DNA of 64,000 nt from Raja brachyura. Taxonomy: Eukaryota. Positions 25,331-39,039 of the stretch are shown in pieces. The notes below the pieces were generated by a model that searched no databases, had not been told where the DNA came from, and worked only from the letters and a program-made list of their open reading frames with translations. Position numbers and translations under genes: made by a program. Where the stretch lies: positions 122,326,001 through 122,390,000 of the forward strand of contig OY740785.1 in assembly GCA_963514005.1 (NCBI GenBank), given 5' to 3'. Position 1 is the first letter of the stretch. The number at the start of each line of letters is the position of its first letter.

Positions 25331-26449
25331 AATTTTTTTTTTTTTTTAATTATTACTAGTATCTATATATGCATTTAATAATTCACGTGACTGCAATTTT
25401 ATTTTACGTTGTCTTGATGATCTGTCTAGATAGGGGTCTAGTGTACAGTTTAAGTCTCCAATAATTAAATTGTGTTGTGTAAGTTCCGGAATTGTATTAA
25501 ATATTTTCATGAAAAAATAGGGACTATCAAAATTTCGTCCATAAACATTAATAAGAGTTCCTTTTTTTGCATGTAACTCGCCTATTAATACAATATATCT
25601 ACCATCATTGTTCATTATAGTTGATATGTGTTTAAAAGGTATCCCTTTACGGATTAAACACCTCTGGATTTATGCGAAAATGAGGAGTGATACGTTTTAT
25701 CAGGAGTGATACGTTTTAGCTTTCAATCTATGCTGTGCTTCCTTTTTAAGGTGAATTTCCTGAAGGAATATTATATCTGTTTTAAGTGATTTTAAATGTG
25801 CTAATACTTTACCTCTCTTGATTGGTTCATTAATACCCTTAACATTCCAGCTACAAAATGTGATTCCTTCACCCCCAATCTTCATATTCAAATCTTGCAT
25901 CTTTTGTTTAGGGTGGTCTATAAAAGAGCAGATGGTTCAGCACAACAAACCCAACATTACACCCGAACATCAGATAGATGAATTTTAAATCTTGCTGGTC
26001 TTTCTCCCGTACATATCGCCTTTGATAAAACTTATAATTCCATTCAAATTAAAATTATAATAGAGTATTATATAGAAAGAACAATAGGGTAGGCGGTTAG
26101 TAAAGTGCAAAAAGAAAGAAAAAAACGACATCTATAATTAGTGCAGTTAGTGATAGCCATACTAACATGGCTAGCCATCTACATCGAGTTGATTTTGACA
26201 TTTATCTCCTCAATCTGTTGAGCCAGCTTTTCTTCCATTTCGTTCTTCCATGTATCCAATAGTTCAAGGACGGTGGAGTTGATTTCTTCTTGCATTTCCT
26301 CTTTAAATTCTTCTTTAAAAGTTTGAAATTCTTCTTTAAAATTCAGCTTCTCATTAAAATTCTTCAGTTCTTTTATTTTTTTTAATTTCTTGAGATAGAA
26401 AATTCCAAAGGTCTTCTATTTTCTATGTTTCTATGAATAATTGAATCAT

Positions 26450-27472
26450 TGATTTTGTTGCATTTGCTAAAACAAAGTGAAATATACAATAGGCGGGGGA
26501 ACACATGGATCGCAGCATTGGTCGATTTGTAAAACGTCTGTGTACTCTGGCTAAAGAACATGGAATCCAGACCCCACTGATCATCCCAGATATGTTTTAC
26601 ATTTTCACACATGCGTACATTATATCACCCAGTGACCTTCACGCAGAAGCGTTCACTTCATGTACTTGGCTTCAGTGTGCAAAGGGAAACAATGTGGACA
26701 CCTCTGGCCTTCGCTAAACTGGAAGATAATGAGCATCCATTCGGTATTTTACTCTGTTTTACTCGGGTCACTATCCTGAGTGTGGTGCCTGATTCGAAAT
26801 TACCTTATCTCTGTCAGATAATCTCTAAACAGATTCCATACAGAATCTCAGAGACATTGATCCCATTGTAAACGTGAAAGCTAATCCCAATCAAACACAG
26901 TAGCTGGGATATACATGATCAGAATTGATACTCCTGACAGTTTATCCGAAATGATGCAGCATGTAACCAATAAGATTGGTAGCTGGAATTTGCGTGATCT
27001 GTTGCTAGGTAGTTTTTGATTTTGTTAGTTATCATTCACCATCAGAGTTTTCAGTGTTTGAGTAGCAGATTGAAAGTGCCTGATTAATTTAGCAGCACGG
27101 TCGACACGGGTGTCTCCTTTCAGTTACATGATGAGCTCTTGCCCATCATTCATAATGAAATGTTTTGTCTTTGGCCACAAACAATGTAAAAGAGGGGGGA
27201 TATTCATGTTATCATTTATTCAATGCGCATTCTTATGATAATAAGGACTATCTCCCCAGAGCCACATAAACACAAACAATTAGAGGGAAGTGTGAGGCGT
27301 TAAATAAGTTAACTTGGTTTTCACCACTTTGATTTAACGGACTACTGTAGTCTTGTAGAAGAAATGGGAAAGATGATCGATATGTTACTGAATTTAACTG
27401 AATTTGATATTACAAGGCAGACGAAAGGTTACAGATAAATTGCACGAGTGGGCCGTTCGATCTCAGATTACA
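26450..27472 (+). repeat. Local segmental duplication, copy 1
   Basis: Colinear with ~28889-30237; both copies are followed by a CR1 tail at the same point. Confidence 0.9.
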
Positions 27473-27476
27473 GGAT

Positions 27477-28875
27477 AGAAACATAGAAACTTAGAAATTA
27501 GGTGCAGAAGTAGGCCATTCGGCCCTTTGAGCCAGTACCACCATTCAATATGATCATTGCAGATCATCCAAAATCAGTACCAGCATTTTCCCCATTTCCC
27601 AAGACTTCGTTAGTGCTAAGAGCTAAATCTTAGCCCAGTGACTTGGCCTCCACTTGGCCCAGTGACTTGCCCCCCCCTCTCCCCCCCCCCCCCCCCCCCA
27701 ATGTCCCTTGATTCCACTAGCCCCGAGAGCTCTATCTAACTCTTAAATCCATCAAGTGACTTGGCCTCCATTGCCCCCTGTGGCAGGGAATTCCACAAAT
27801 TCACAACTCTCTGAGTGAAAACGTTTTTTTTCTCACCTCAGTCTTAAATTGCCTCCCCTTTATTCTAAGACTGTGGTCCCTGGTTCTGGACCATTTTCTG
27901 GGAATATTTTTCCTGCATCTAGCTTGTCCAGTCCTTTTATAATTTTATATGTTGCTATAAGATCCCCCCCCTGATCCTTCTAAACTCCAGTGAATACAAG
28001 GCTAGTCTTTTCAATCTTTCCTCATATGCCAATCCTGCCATCTCAGGGTTCAATCTCGTGAACCTACGCTGCACTGCCTCAATCACAAGGATGTTCTTCC
28101 TCAAATTAGGAGATTAAAACTGTACACAATACTCTAGATGTGGTCTCATCAGAGCCCTATACAACTGCAGAAGAACCTCTCTACTCCTGTACTGAAATCC
28201 TCTTGTTATGAAGGCCAAAATTCCATTAGCTTTCTTCACTGCCTGCTGTACCTGTACGCCAACTCTCAGTGACCGGTGTACAAGGACACCCAGGTCTCGC
28301 TGTACCTCCCCCTTACCTAACCTAACCCCATTGAGATAATAATCTGCCCCCTTGTTTTTGCCACCAAAGTGGATAGCCTCACGTTTATCTATATTATACT
28401 GCATCTGCCACCGGTCTGCCCACTCACTTAACCTGTCCAGGTCACCCTGCAACCTCCTAACATCCCCTTCACAGTTCACACTGCCATCCAGCTTGGTGTC
28501 ATCCTCAAATTTGCTAGTGTTGCTCCTAATTCCCTCTTCCAAATCATTAATATATATGGTACACAGTTGTGGCCCCAACACCGAGCCTTGCGGCACTCCA
28601 CTCGCCACTGCCTGCCATTCTGAAAAGGACCCGTTCACTCCTACTCTTTGCTTCCGGTCTGCCAACCAATTTTCTATCCATGTCAACACCCTACCCCCAA
28701 TACCATGTGCTTTAATTTTAGTCACTAGTCTCCTGTGCGGGACCTTATCAAAGGCTTTCTGAAAGTCTAGATACATTACATCCACTGGCTCCCCTTCATC
28801 CATTTTACATCCATTGAGACACATCCTCAAAAAATCCCAGAAGATTAGTCAAGCACGATTTTACTTTCATAAATC
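27477..28875 (-). mobile_element. CR1 LINE 3' portion (doubled 3' end)
   Basis: ORF 28114-28830 RT core; catagaaa tail. Confidence 0.88.
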
Positions 28876-28888
28876 CTTTCCTTTCATC

Positions 28889-30237
28889 AATTTTGTTGTA
28901 TTGCGGTGCATTAATTTACTCAAGCAAAGTGAAATATGCAATTAATTGACAATAAAAATCATAAGGGTTGATAGGTTTAACATAAGCGCATGGCAGTGCA
29001 TGCGCCAAAGGAGTATTTATACCAAACTCAATAGACAGAAAGAGATGACTGGTGCAGGACAATAGGCGGGGGAACACATGGATCGCAGCATTGGTTGATT
29101 TGTAAAACGTCTGTGTACTGGCTAAAGTACATGGAATCCAGACCCCACTGATCAGCCCAGATATGTTTTATATTTTCACACATGCCTACATTATATCACC
29201 CAGTGACCTTCACGCAGAAGCGTTCACTTCATGTACTTGGCTTCAGTGTGCAAAGGGAAACAATGTGGACACCTCTGGCCTTCGCTAAACTGGAAGATAA
29301 TGAGCATCCATTCGGTATTTTACTCATTTTTACTCGGGGTCACTATCTGTGTGGTGTGTGACTAGCAATCATACCCACTATATGTTGTTAAAGAAGGAAC
29401 TGCAGATGCTGGAAAATCGAGGGTTACACAAAAAGCTGGAGAAACTCAGCGGGTGCAGCAGCATCTAAGGAGCGAAGGAGATGGGCGACGTTTCGGGTCG
29501 AGACCCTTACCCACTATATGAATTACCTGATAACTAGGTGTCAGATAATCTCTAAACAGATTCCATACAGAATCCAAGAGACATTGATGCCCACTGTACA
29601 CGTCAAAGCTAATCCCAATCAAACACAGTAGCTGGGATTTACATGATCAGAATGTGTTCTCCTGACAGTTTAATCAAAACGATGCAGCATATAACCAATA
29701 CGATTGGTAGCTGGAAGTTTGCGAGATATAGATTGCAAAGTTGTTTTTTATATTTTGTTAGTTGTTATTCACCATCAGAATTTTCAGTGTTTGAGCAGCA
29801 GGCTGAAAGTGTCTAATTAATTTAGCAGCACAGTCGACACAGGTGTTTCCTTTCAGTTACATGGTGAGCTCTTGCCCATCATTCATAATTTCGCCACAAA
29901 AAATATAGAAGAGGGGAGATATTCCGATTCGGCAGAATCTTAAATGCATTCCATCCATATGCTATTGGTCATTTCATCATTTATTCAATGCGTACTCTTA
30001 TGATAACAAAGACCGTTTGTGCAGAGCCACATGAAAACAAACAATTAGAGGGCAGTGTGAGGCTTTAATAAAGTTCATTTAGTTTTCCCCACATGGATTT
30101 AATGGACATGTAGTCTTGGAGAAGACACGGGGAACCTGATCGATATGGCAGCGAGTTAAAATGGATTTGATATAACATAGGAGGACAAAAGGTAACAGAT
30201 AGATCGCATGAGTGGGCCGTTCGATCTCAGATTACGA
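28889..30237 (+). repeat. Local segmental duplication, copy 2 (with extra inserts)
   Basis: aataggcgggggaacacatggatcgcagc... through tctcagattac shared with copy 1. Confidence 0.9.
29385..29507 (-). mobile_element. 123-bp Penelope-derived insert with 13-bp target-site duplication
   Basis: tacccactatatg at 29372-29384 and 29508-29520; insert absent from duplication copy 1; carries gggtctcgacccgaaacgtc on the minus strand. Confidence 0.85.
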
Positions 30238-30239
30238 GT

Positions 30240-31580
30240 TAGAAACATAGAAACATAGAAAGATAGAAAATAGATGCAGGAGTATCCTTCGCTGTCTGCC
30301 TTTCCTGCATGCACATCCAGGTCTCGTGTACTTCCCCTTTTCTTAATCTGACACCATTCCGATAATAATCTACCTTCCTGTTCTTGCCACCAAAGTGGAT
30401 AACCTCACATTTATCCACACTATGCTTCATCTGCCATGCTTCTGCCCACTCACCCAACGTATACAAGATTCTATAAGCCCAGCAGCCACATAGCATCTTC
30501 CTCGCAGCCCGCATAGAAACATAAAACATAGAAAATAGGTGCAGGAGGAGGCCATTCGGCCCTTTGAGCCAGCACCACTCATTGTGATCATGGCTGATTG
30601 TCCCCTATCAATAACCTGTGGCTGCCTTCTCCCCATATCACTGCCACCTAGCTTTGTGTCACTCGCAAACTTAGAGAGGTTACATTTATTTCCCTCGTCT
30701 AAATCGTTGATATATATTGTAAACAACCAGGTCCCAGCTACTCTTTGCTTCCTGTCCACCAACCAGTTCCTATCCATGTCAATGCTCATCCCCCAATACC
30801 ATGTGCTCTAATTTTGCACACTAATCTCTTTTGTGGGACCTTGTCAATGGCTTTCTGCAAGTCCAGATACACCACATCCACTGGCTCTCCTTTATCCATT
30901 CTACTTGTTACATCCTCAAAAAATTCTAAAATATTAGTAAAGCATAGCTTCCCCATGCTGACTTTGACCGATCCCGTCACTGATTTCCAAATGCGCTGCT
31001 ATAACATCTTTAATAATCGACTCCAGCATCTTCCCTACTACTGATGTAAGGCTAACTGGTCTATAATTCCCTGTTTTCTCTCTCCCTCCTTTCTTAAAAA
31101 GTGGAGTTACATTGGCTACCCTCCAGTCCACAGGAACTGATCCAGAGTCGAGAGAACAGTGAAAAATGATCACTAATGCATCCTAGGGTCACTTCTTGAG
31201 GAGTCTAGGATGCAGACCATCAGGCCCTGAGGATTTATCTAACTAATCCTTCCTCGTTGCACAGTGCCCAGCCTGCCCTCTAGTCAGTTCCTCTACATAT
31301 TGGTTTAAAAACCCATCCCGTATACATTCTTGGAAATGCTCCTCCTCAGCACTGTTACCAATTTGGTTGGCCCAATCTATCGGTAAATTAGTCACCCATG
31401 ATAACCTTTGCTGCACGCATCCCTAATTTCCTGCTTGATGCTATCCCCAACCTCCATCCTGCTGTTTACGGTCTGTACACCACTCCAACAAGTGTTTTCT
31501 GCCCTTGGCTATTTCACAGTTCTACCCATACCGATTTTACAACATCCAAACTAATGTCTCTCCCTGCTATTGCATTATTG
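30240..31580 (-). mobile_element. Mosaic of deleted CR1 fragments
   Basis: Two tails plus RT and endonuclease pieces. Confidence 0.8.
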
Positions 31581-32317
31581 CTTATTGGTCGGTCAACTTG
31601 ATCATGAATGATCGTCCAAAATGTTACATTTTCACTGCCGCATCTGTGTCTCACTTAATGTTATTTGCCTCAGAACTCGCCGTTAAAGCTTAATATTTTT
31701 TAATTGAATGGCTTTTCATATTTATTTATAATCCAATTGTTTTCACCTTTCCCCCACGTATGATGTGGCTGGAGTCCAACACTCCACCGTTAGCAAAGAG
31801 CAGGAGGTAACTGAACGGAAGCACCTGTGGATTATTTAGAGAAATGAATGTACTGATTCCAGCCCGATGCACAGAGCTGCTGACTGCAAACTAACAACTC
31901 CAAGATCTGCCCAGCAACACGTGTCTCGTACCCTCAACTGGCGACACATTTGGATAACCAATGGGTCTTTAGGATTCATAATTTAATTGTGCTCTCTGAC
32001 AGTTTGGACCCAAAGCCACTCTGGACTGAAATTGAGAAGTGCAAATGATTAAAAGACCGACATCCATTCACAAACCTGCTAGATGCAGTTCTTGGCGTTG
32101 GAGGGATCTAATAATATTTGGAAGATTCGGACACATGACAATCAGCAATGAACCAATGAAGGCTGAACCAGTTTTAAGGGCCTAATGGGCTACCTTGCTC
32201 CAATCGTTAATGTTCGTGTCTAGTCAAGATCCATTACTATAATATTTTCCAGTGTACAACAGCGTTGTTCATGAAATTGCATTACAAATATTTCCCTGGA
32301 GCATGTTCCAAGCGCAA

Positions 32318-34165
32318 TAACAATAGACAATAGGTGCATGAGTAGGCCATTCGACCCTTTGAGCCAGCACTGCCATTCAATGTGATCATGGCTGATCATC
32401 CCCAATCAGTACCCCGTTCCTGCCTTCTCCCCATATCCCCTGACTCCGCTGTCTTTAGAAACATAGACAGAAACATAGAAAATAGGTGCAGGAGTAGGCC
32501 ATTCGGCCCTTCGAGCCTGCACCGCCATTCAATATGATCATGGCTGATCATCCAACTCGGTATCCTGTACCTGCCTTCTCTCCATACCCCCTGATCCCTT
32601 TAGCCACAAGAGCCACATCTACCTCCCGCTTAAATATAGCCAATGAACTGGCCTCAACTACCTTCTGTGGCAGAGAATTCCAGAGACTCGCCACTCTCTG
32701 TGTGAAAAATGTTTTCCTCATCTCGCTCCTAAGGATAAGGAGGAATTCCTTTAGACTGTGACCCCTTGTCTGGTGAACCTTCTCTGTACCCTCTCTATGT
32801 CAAGAATGTCTTTCCTCAGATTTGGAGACCAAAACTGTACGCAGTACTCCAGGTTTGGTCTCACCAAAACCCTGTACAACTGCAGTAGAACCTCCCTGCT
32901 CCTATACTCAAATCCTTTCACTTTGAATGCTAACATACCATTCGCTTTCTTCACTGCCTGCTGCACCTGCATGCCTACTTTCAATGACTGGTGTACCATG
33001 ACACCCAGGTCTCGTTGCATCTCCCCTTTTCCAAATCTGCCACCATTCAGATAATAGTCAACCCTCCTGTTTTTGCAACCAAAGTGGATAACCTCACATT
33101 TATCCACATTATACTGCATCTGCCATGCACTTGCCCACTCACCCAGCCTATCCGTCACCTTGCAGCCTCCTAGCATCCTCCTCACACCTAACACTACCGA
33201 CCAGCTTAGTGTCATCTGCAAACTTGGAGATGTTGCAATCAATTCCCTTGTCCAAATCATTAATATATATTGTAAATAGCTGGGGTCCCAGCACTGAGCC
33301 TTGCGGCACCCCACTAGTCACTGCCTGCCATTCTGAAAGGACCCGTTTACCTCTACCCATTGCTTCCTATCTGCCAGCCAGTTCTCTATCCACATCAAAA
33401 CTGAACCCCCAATACCATGTGCTTTAAGTTTGTATGCTAATCTCTTATGTGGGACCTTGGCGAAAGCCTTCTGAAAGTCCAGATACACCACATCCACTGG
33501 TTCTCCCTTATCCACTCTACTAGTTACATCCTTGAAAAATTCTATAAGATTCGTCAGACATGATTTACCTTTCATAAATCCATGCTGACTTTGTCCAATG
33601 ATTTCACCACTTTCCAAATGTGCTGCTATCCCATCTTTAATAACTGACTCTAGCAGTTTTCCCACTACCGATGTTAGCCTAACTGGTCTGTAATTCCCCG
33701 TTTTCTCTCCCCCTCCCTTTTTTAAAAAGTGGGGTTACATTAGCTACCCTCCAATCCTCAGGAACTACTCCAGAATCTAAGGAGTTTTGAAAAATTATCA
33801 CTAATGCATCCACTATTTCTGTGGCTACTTCCTTGAGTACTCTGGGATGCAGACTATCTGGCCCTGGGGATTTATCGGCCTTTAATCAGTTCAATTTACC
33901 CAACACCACTTCCCGGCTAACCTGGATTTTACTCAGTTGCTCCATCTTATTTGACCCCCGGTCCCCTGCTATTTCCGGCAGATTATTTATGTCTTCCTTA
34001 GTGAAGACAGAACCAAAGTAGTTATTCAATTGGTCTGCCATGTCCTTGTTCCCCATGATCAATTCACCTGTTTCTGACTGCAAGGGACCAACATTTGTTT
34101 TAGCTAGTCTCTTTCTCGTCACACATCTATAAATACTTTTGCAGTCAGTTTTTATGTTCCCTGCC
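32318..34165 (-). mobile_element. CR1 3' end plus internally deleted CR1 copy
   Basis: High similarity to 49802-51680 with frameshifts. Confidence 0.9.
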
Positions 34166-34399
34166 ATAACGCTTTTCACCCGGCGAAATGCAAAACCTTC
34201 CTTTAATTTCAGTAGCTGTGGTTTAGCCGTGCAGTTGTGGATTACACCTCAATCCATATCTTCCCTGTGTCTCGCAGTTCTGCTCTCGCTCACCATTCCT
34301 CAGATGCTCACCACACCAGCCTGCACATATCATATATCGTTCTCGGACATTTCCAATATCTTCAACATGATCTCATCTCCAGTCACATCCGGTCACTGG

Positions 34400-35470
34400 A
34401 AGTGTCATGACAGCAGTCAGGGTTACCGTCGAGGAAGTACTGAAACAGAGGGAGATGGTGGAAGGTTGCTTCTCGGACTGGAGGCCTGTGACTAGTGGTG
34501 TGCCTCAGGGTTCGGTGCTGGGCCCGTTACTGTTTGTCATCTACATCAATTATTTGGATGAGAACATACAGGGCAAGATTAGCAAGTTTGCTGATGATAC
34601 AAAAGTGAGTAGTTTTGCAGATAGTGAAGATGGTTGTGAACGATTGCAGCAGGATCTGGATCGATTGGCCAGGTGGGCGGAGGAATGGTTGATGGAATTT
34701 AATACAGAGATGTGTGAGGTGTTGCATTTTGCATCCTCAAACAAGGGCAGGACCCACACAGTGAATGGTCGGCCTCTGGGTAGTGTTGTAGAGGAGCGGG
34801 ATCTAGGAGTACAGGTGCATGGTTCCTTGAAGGTCGAGTCACAGGTAGATAAGGTGGTCAAAAAGGCTTTTGGCTCTTTGGTCTTCATCAGTCAGAGTAT
34901 TGAGTATAGAAGTTGGGAGGTCATGTTGCAGTTGTATAAGATGTTGGTGAGGTCGCATTTAGAATATTGTGTTCAGTTCTGGGCACCATGTTATAGGAAA
35001 GATGTTGTCATGCTTGAAGGGGTTCAGAAAAGATTTACGAGGATGTTCCCAGGACTAGAGGGTGTGAGCTATAGGGAGAGGTTGAGTAGGCCAGGCCACT
35101 ATTGCATGGAGCGCAGGAGGATGAGGGGTGATCTTATAGAGGTGTGCAAAATCATGAGAATAGGGGAATCGAGGACCAGAGGACATGGGTTCAAGGTGAA
35201 AGAGAAAAAATTTAATAGGAATACGATGGGTAACTTTTTCACACAGAGGGTGATTGGTGTATGGAATGAGCTGCCAGAGGAAGTAGTTGAGGCTGGGACT
35301 ATCCCAACATTTAGGAAACAGTTGGACAGGTACACGGATAGCACAGGTTTGGAGGGTTATGGACCAAGCGCAGCAAGTGGGACAAGTGTAGCTGGGACAT
35401 TGTTGGTCGGTGTGGGCGAGTTGGGCTGAAGGGTTGTTTCCACACTGTATCACTCTATGCTTCTATGACT
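34400..35470 (+). mobile_element. CR1 LINE of a second subfamily, 3' portion
   Basis: ORF 34407-35429 with [25 protein letters not shown] and RTRGH. Confidence 0.9.
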
Positions 35471-38300
35471 ATCTTTCCGTTTCCGCCCCTTCCGCTTTCC
35501 GTAGAGACCACATTGTCCGCAGTTGCTCGGTCTGCTCATCTCTGCCCACCGAAAACCACTCCATTCCCAAGCATTTCCCCTACATCCACATGGAACGTAA
35601 CGCCCGGCCCGACAGCTCCTGTTTCACTTCCACCAGCCACGCGGGCAGTCGTCCCAGTTCAGACGGAGATTCACATGCACCTCTGCAGATCACGCGTGCA
35701 GCATTTGTTTCCCGTGATGCTCATTTGTGTACATTGGTGAGACCACGCGTACACTAGGCGAACATTTTGACGACCATTTACGCTCTCTCCGTAAGGTTCA
35801 CAGTCAGTTAAGCTCTGCTCCCCATTCCCACACCGAGCATCTTCCATTGTCGACCTTGGCCTCACACACAGTGGAGAGCAGTGCCTGATGATCCGCTTGG
35901 ATATCTTACAATGGAACAGTATAAACACCGATTCCTCCAATTAAGAATCATAGCACCCTGCACACGCTCTTTCTCATTCTTGTGCACACATTTTACTCCC
36001 CAGCTCTCAAGTCACCTTCGTCATTTAAAAATTAAAAACTCTACCTCTGCTACATGAACGACTGCATTGGTGCCACCTCCTGCACCGAGGCAGAACTCCC
36101 TGACCATTAACGTCACGACCACATTCCCATCCTGCACTGAAATTCACTCGGACCATCTCCGACATCTCCTTGCCGTTTCCAGATCTGACCGTCACCATCA
36201 CAGGAGACAGGCTATCGACTGACATCTATGACAAACCCACTGACTCTCATTGCTATCCAGACTTCTTCCCAGCCTGTTTCCTGTAAAGGATCTTCCCCTA
36301 CTCCCAATTCCTCCTCCTACGCTGCATCTGCACCCATGATGAAGTGTTCCATGCCAGGTCATCCAAGATGGCCTCATTCTTCAGGGAATAGGGGATCCCC
36401 TCTTCCATTATAGATGAGGCTCTCACTAGGGTCTTGTCGACATCCTGTAGCTCCATTCTTGCTCTCCATCCCCCCATTTGTAACAAGGACAGAGTCCCCC
36501 TTGTCTTCGGCTTCCCCCCCATCAGCTGCCGCATACAGCACATAATCCTCCGACATTTTCGCCATCTCCAGCAGGATCCAACTACTAGCTACATCTTCCC
36601 ATCTCCATCCCTTTCTGCTTTCCGCAGAGACAGCTCCCATCACAAATCCTTGGCCAACCCCTCCCTTCCCACCCAAGCCACCCAGCAGGCACGTGCCGTG
36701 AGTAATTACTCTGGGTAGGCACTCAGTCCGCTTTAAAAAAAATGTAAACCGCGCATGCGCAGATTGTTCTCCCCGTTAAATAAATACATAAATAAAAACA
36801 GTGACTTTTCACAAAGTGCTGGAATCTTCACTCCCTCACCGCTGCCGCAGCTCTCCGGGTGCGAAGCCACGGACTGTAGCTGGGGATAGAAGCAGCTCGG
36901 AGAGCGGCCACCGGGACCCGACAGCTGAACTGGCCACCACTTCAGCGCCTTCTGCCGGCCCGCTCACCTTTTGCTCTCCGTCTGAACACCTGTCACCTGC
37001 CGTTCGCCGACTTCACTCATGTCAGCAACTTCCTGCAAATCCTTAAATTCCCACAGCCGAGTAACCTCAATCACGCTGTCGGAATTTAAGGACATGAGTA
37101 AGGCCAGCGAGCGGCAGGAGAGAGGTTTTTAGATGGAGAGCTGCCAGAGGTGAGCCGGTGGTTCTGGAGCTAAGGTGGCGGCTGGTTCCGCTGTCTGGCC
37201 CGGCGCCCGCTCGAGCTACTTCTCTCCCTCTCTCTCTCCCCCCCCCCCCCCGGCCTCAGAGCAGTGTCATTTCATGCCCCCTTGCAAAGAACGTCGCAAG
37301 TGGATGCCCCCGACCCCTCATTCATAACATTTGTGCCCTCCCCGCAACGTTACCCCGGGCCAGACTCCCCAAACGCTGTGAAAGGAGCTCTCTCCCCACT
37401 CCGACTCCCACACCCCCCCACACCCCGGCAAATACGGTATTTAAAAAAATAAATCACAAAATGTACTTACCATATCATTGGTACACGACAAACCATGGTT
37501 GAAAACCCCGCCAATAAACTTGCGCTGCGCATGCGCGGTAGACTGATGCGCATGCGCAGTATGATGCTGCGCATGCGCAGTGCTACAAAGGCAGGATTTC
37601 TGCTGCCTTCAGCCCCGATTAAAATTGACGGCTTCAGGCAGCGCTGACGACACGGCGGCTGCACAGAGCTTCCCGTGTCACAAGAGCTGCGGGTGAAAGG
37701 CACGGGGAATTATGCCTACCTAAGAAATCAGTCTCTTACATAGGCATAACTCTCCCATGCCTTTACTATTTATATTTAATAATTCCCATTTCATAATTTT
37801 AGTCAGGGTAGGCAGTGCCTACCTTGCCTACCCTGACGGCACGTGCCTGCCACCCAGGTACTTTCCCCTGCAACACCTGTCCCTATACCTCCCCATCAAC
37901 TCCATCCAAGGACCCAAACAGTTTTGTCAGGTGAGGCAGAGGTTCATTCACCTCCTTCAACCTCATCATCTACTGTATCCACTGTTCCAGGTGTGGACTC
38001 TTGTATATAGGCGAGACCAAGCGTAGGTTCGGCGATCATTTCGAAGAACACCTCCGCTCAGTCTGCCTAAACTTACTTGATCTCCCGGTTGCTCAACACT
38101 TTAACTCACCCTCCCATTCCCACACTGACCTTTCTGTCCTGGGCCTCCTTCATTGTCAGAGTGAGGCCCAGTGAGATATGTGACGCCATTCCCTTCCCCT
38201 TCCCAGTTCTCCCACCAGTCTTACTGGCTCCAACTACATTTTAACTCTGTACCGCCCACTCCTCTGACATCAGTCTGAATTATTGAATTACTCCAGCATT
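35470..38300 (+). mobile_element. Penelope-like element fragments (RT C-terminus and GIY-YIG), split by a hAT MITE
   Basis: DLTVTITGDRLSTDIY.KPTDSH, C..CGLLYIGETKRRFGDHFEEHLRSV, VAQHFNSPSHSH motifs. Confidence 0.8.
36686..37849. mobile_element. hAT-superfamily non-autonomous DNA transposon (1164 bp)
   Basis: 14-bp perfect TIR caggcacgtgccgt / acggcacgtgcctg; 8-bp TSD ccacccag at 36678-36685 and 37850-37857. Confidence 0.93.
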
Positions 38301-39039
38301 TTGTGTCGATCTTCCACTTATTGTTTGCCAAACTTTGTCCTGCCACACCCACTCTTTTCCAGTTTTCTCCCCACCCCGACGGCAATTACGCAGGAGAAAG
38401 GATCCCATTAGGACACATCATCTGTCCAGCCCCTCCACAGATGTTCATTGGCTCGCTGAAACGCTACATCAGATGGTGTATTGCTTGAAAAGAGGAGATT
38501 CTTGCTATTGAGGGAACGCAGCGTAGGTTCACGAGGTCGCTTCGTTCTTCCACAAGATGATGGTGGATGCCATCTAAGAATCCTCATCACCTTACCGCTC
38601 ATTCCACATTCTCCTTGCCTTATTTGATTTTTTTTAAACTCCACCAGCATCCAATTTAAATATTGTCAATATATTCATATCCATTATTTTCGGGAATAGA
38701 GAATTCCAAAGTGCCACAACTCCCTGTCACAAATTACTCTTAATCACTGATTGCATTGGCTGGCCCTTATTCTTAGTCCTGAACACCACTGAAGAAAAAA
38801 TGATCTCACCAGCTAGCCCATCAACCCAGCTCAGAATATTAACAATAGTAAGGTCATCTCAAAGTCTTTGAAATTTTTATGCAGCGGCCTCTTTCTGCAT
38901 ATCTGTCTCTCTACGTCATCTTGTCATGCAAGGATCAGCTTAGTGAACCTTGCACTGCCGCCCTCACAAAAGTCCCAAGCATTAGAGATGTCTCCAGACA
39001 TGACCTAATTAGAAACCTATAAAACGTCCCATCGCCCGT

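Larger units (their letters stand above)
19190..26400 (-). mobile_element. Degenerate L1 LINE (ORF1 remnant plus ORF2) split by a Rex1/Babar element
   Basis: SWNVKGINEPIKR, YSRIDYFLV, SDHAP, HPDQTGFIP, LDAEKAFD, GCRQGC and LYADD motifs; homologous to the L1 at 59580-64000. Confidence 0.9.

Noticed and set aside
26895-26930. cacagta as an orphan RSS heptamer
   Set aside because: No nonamer at 12 or 23 nt spacing and no adjacent gene segment.
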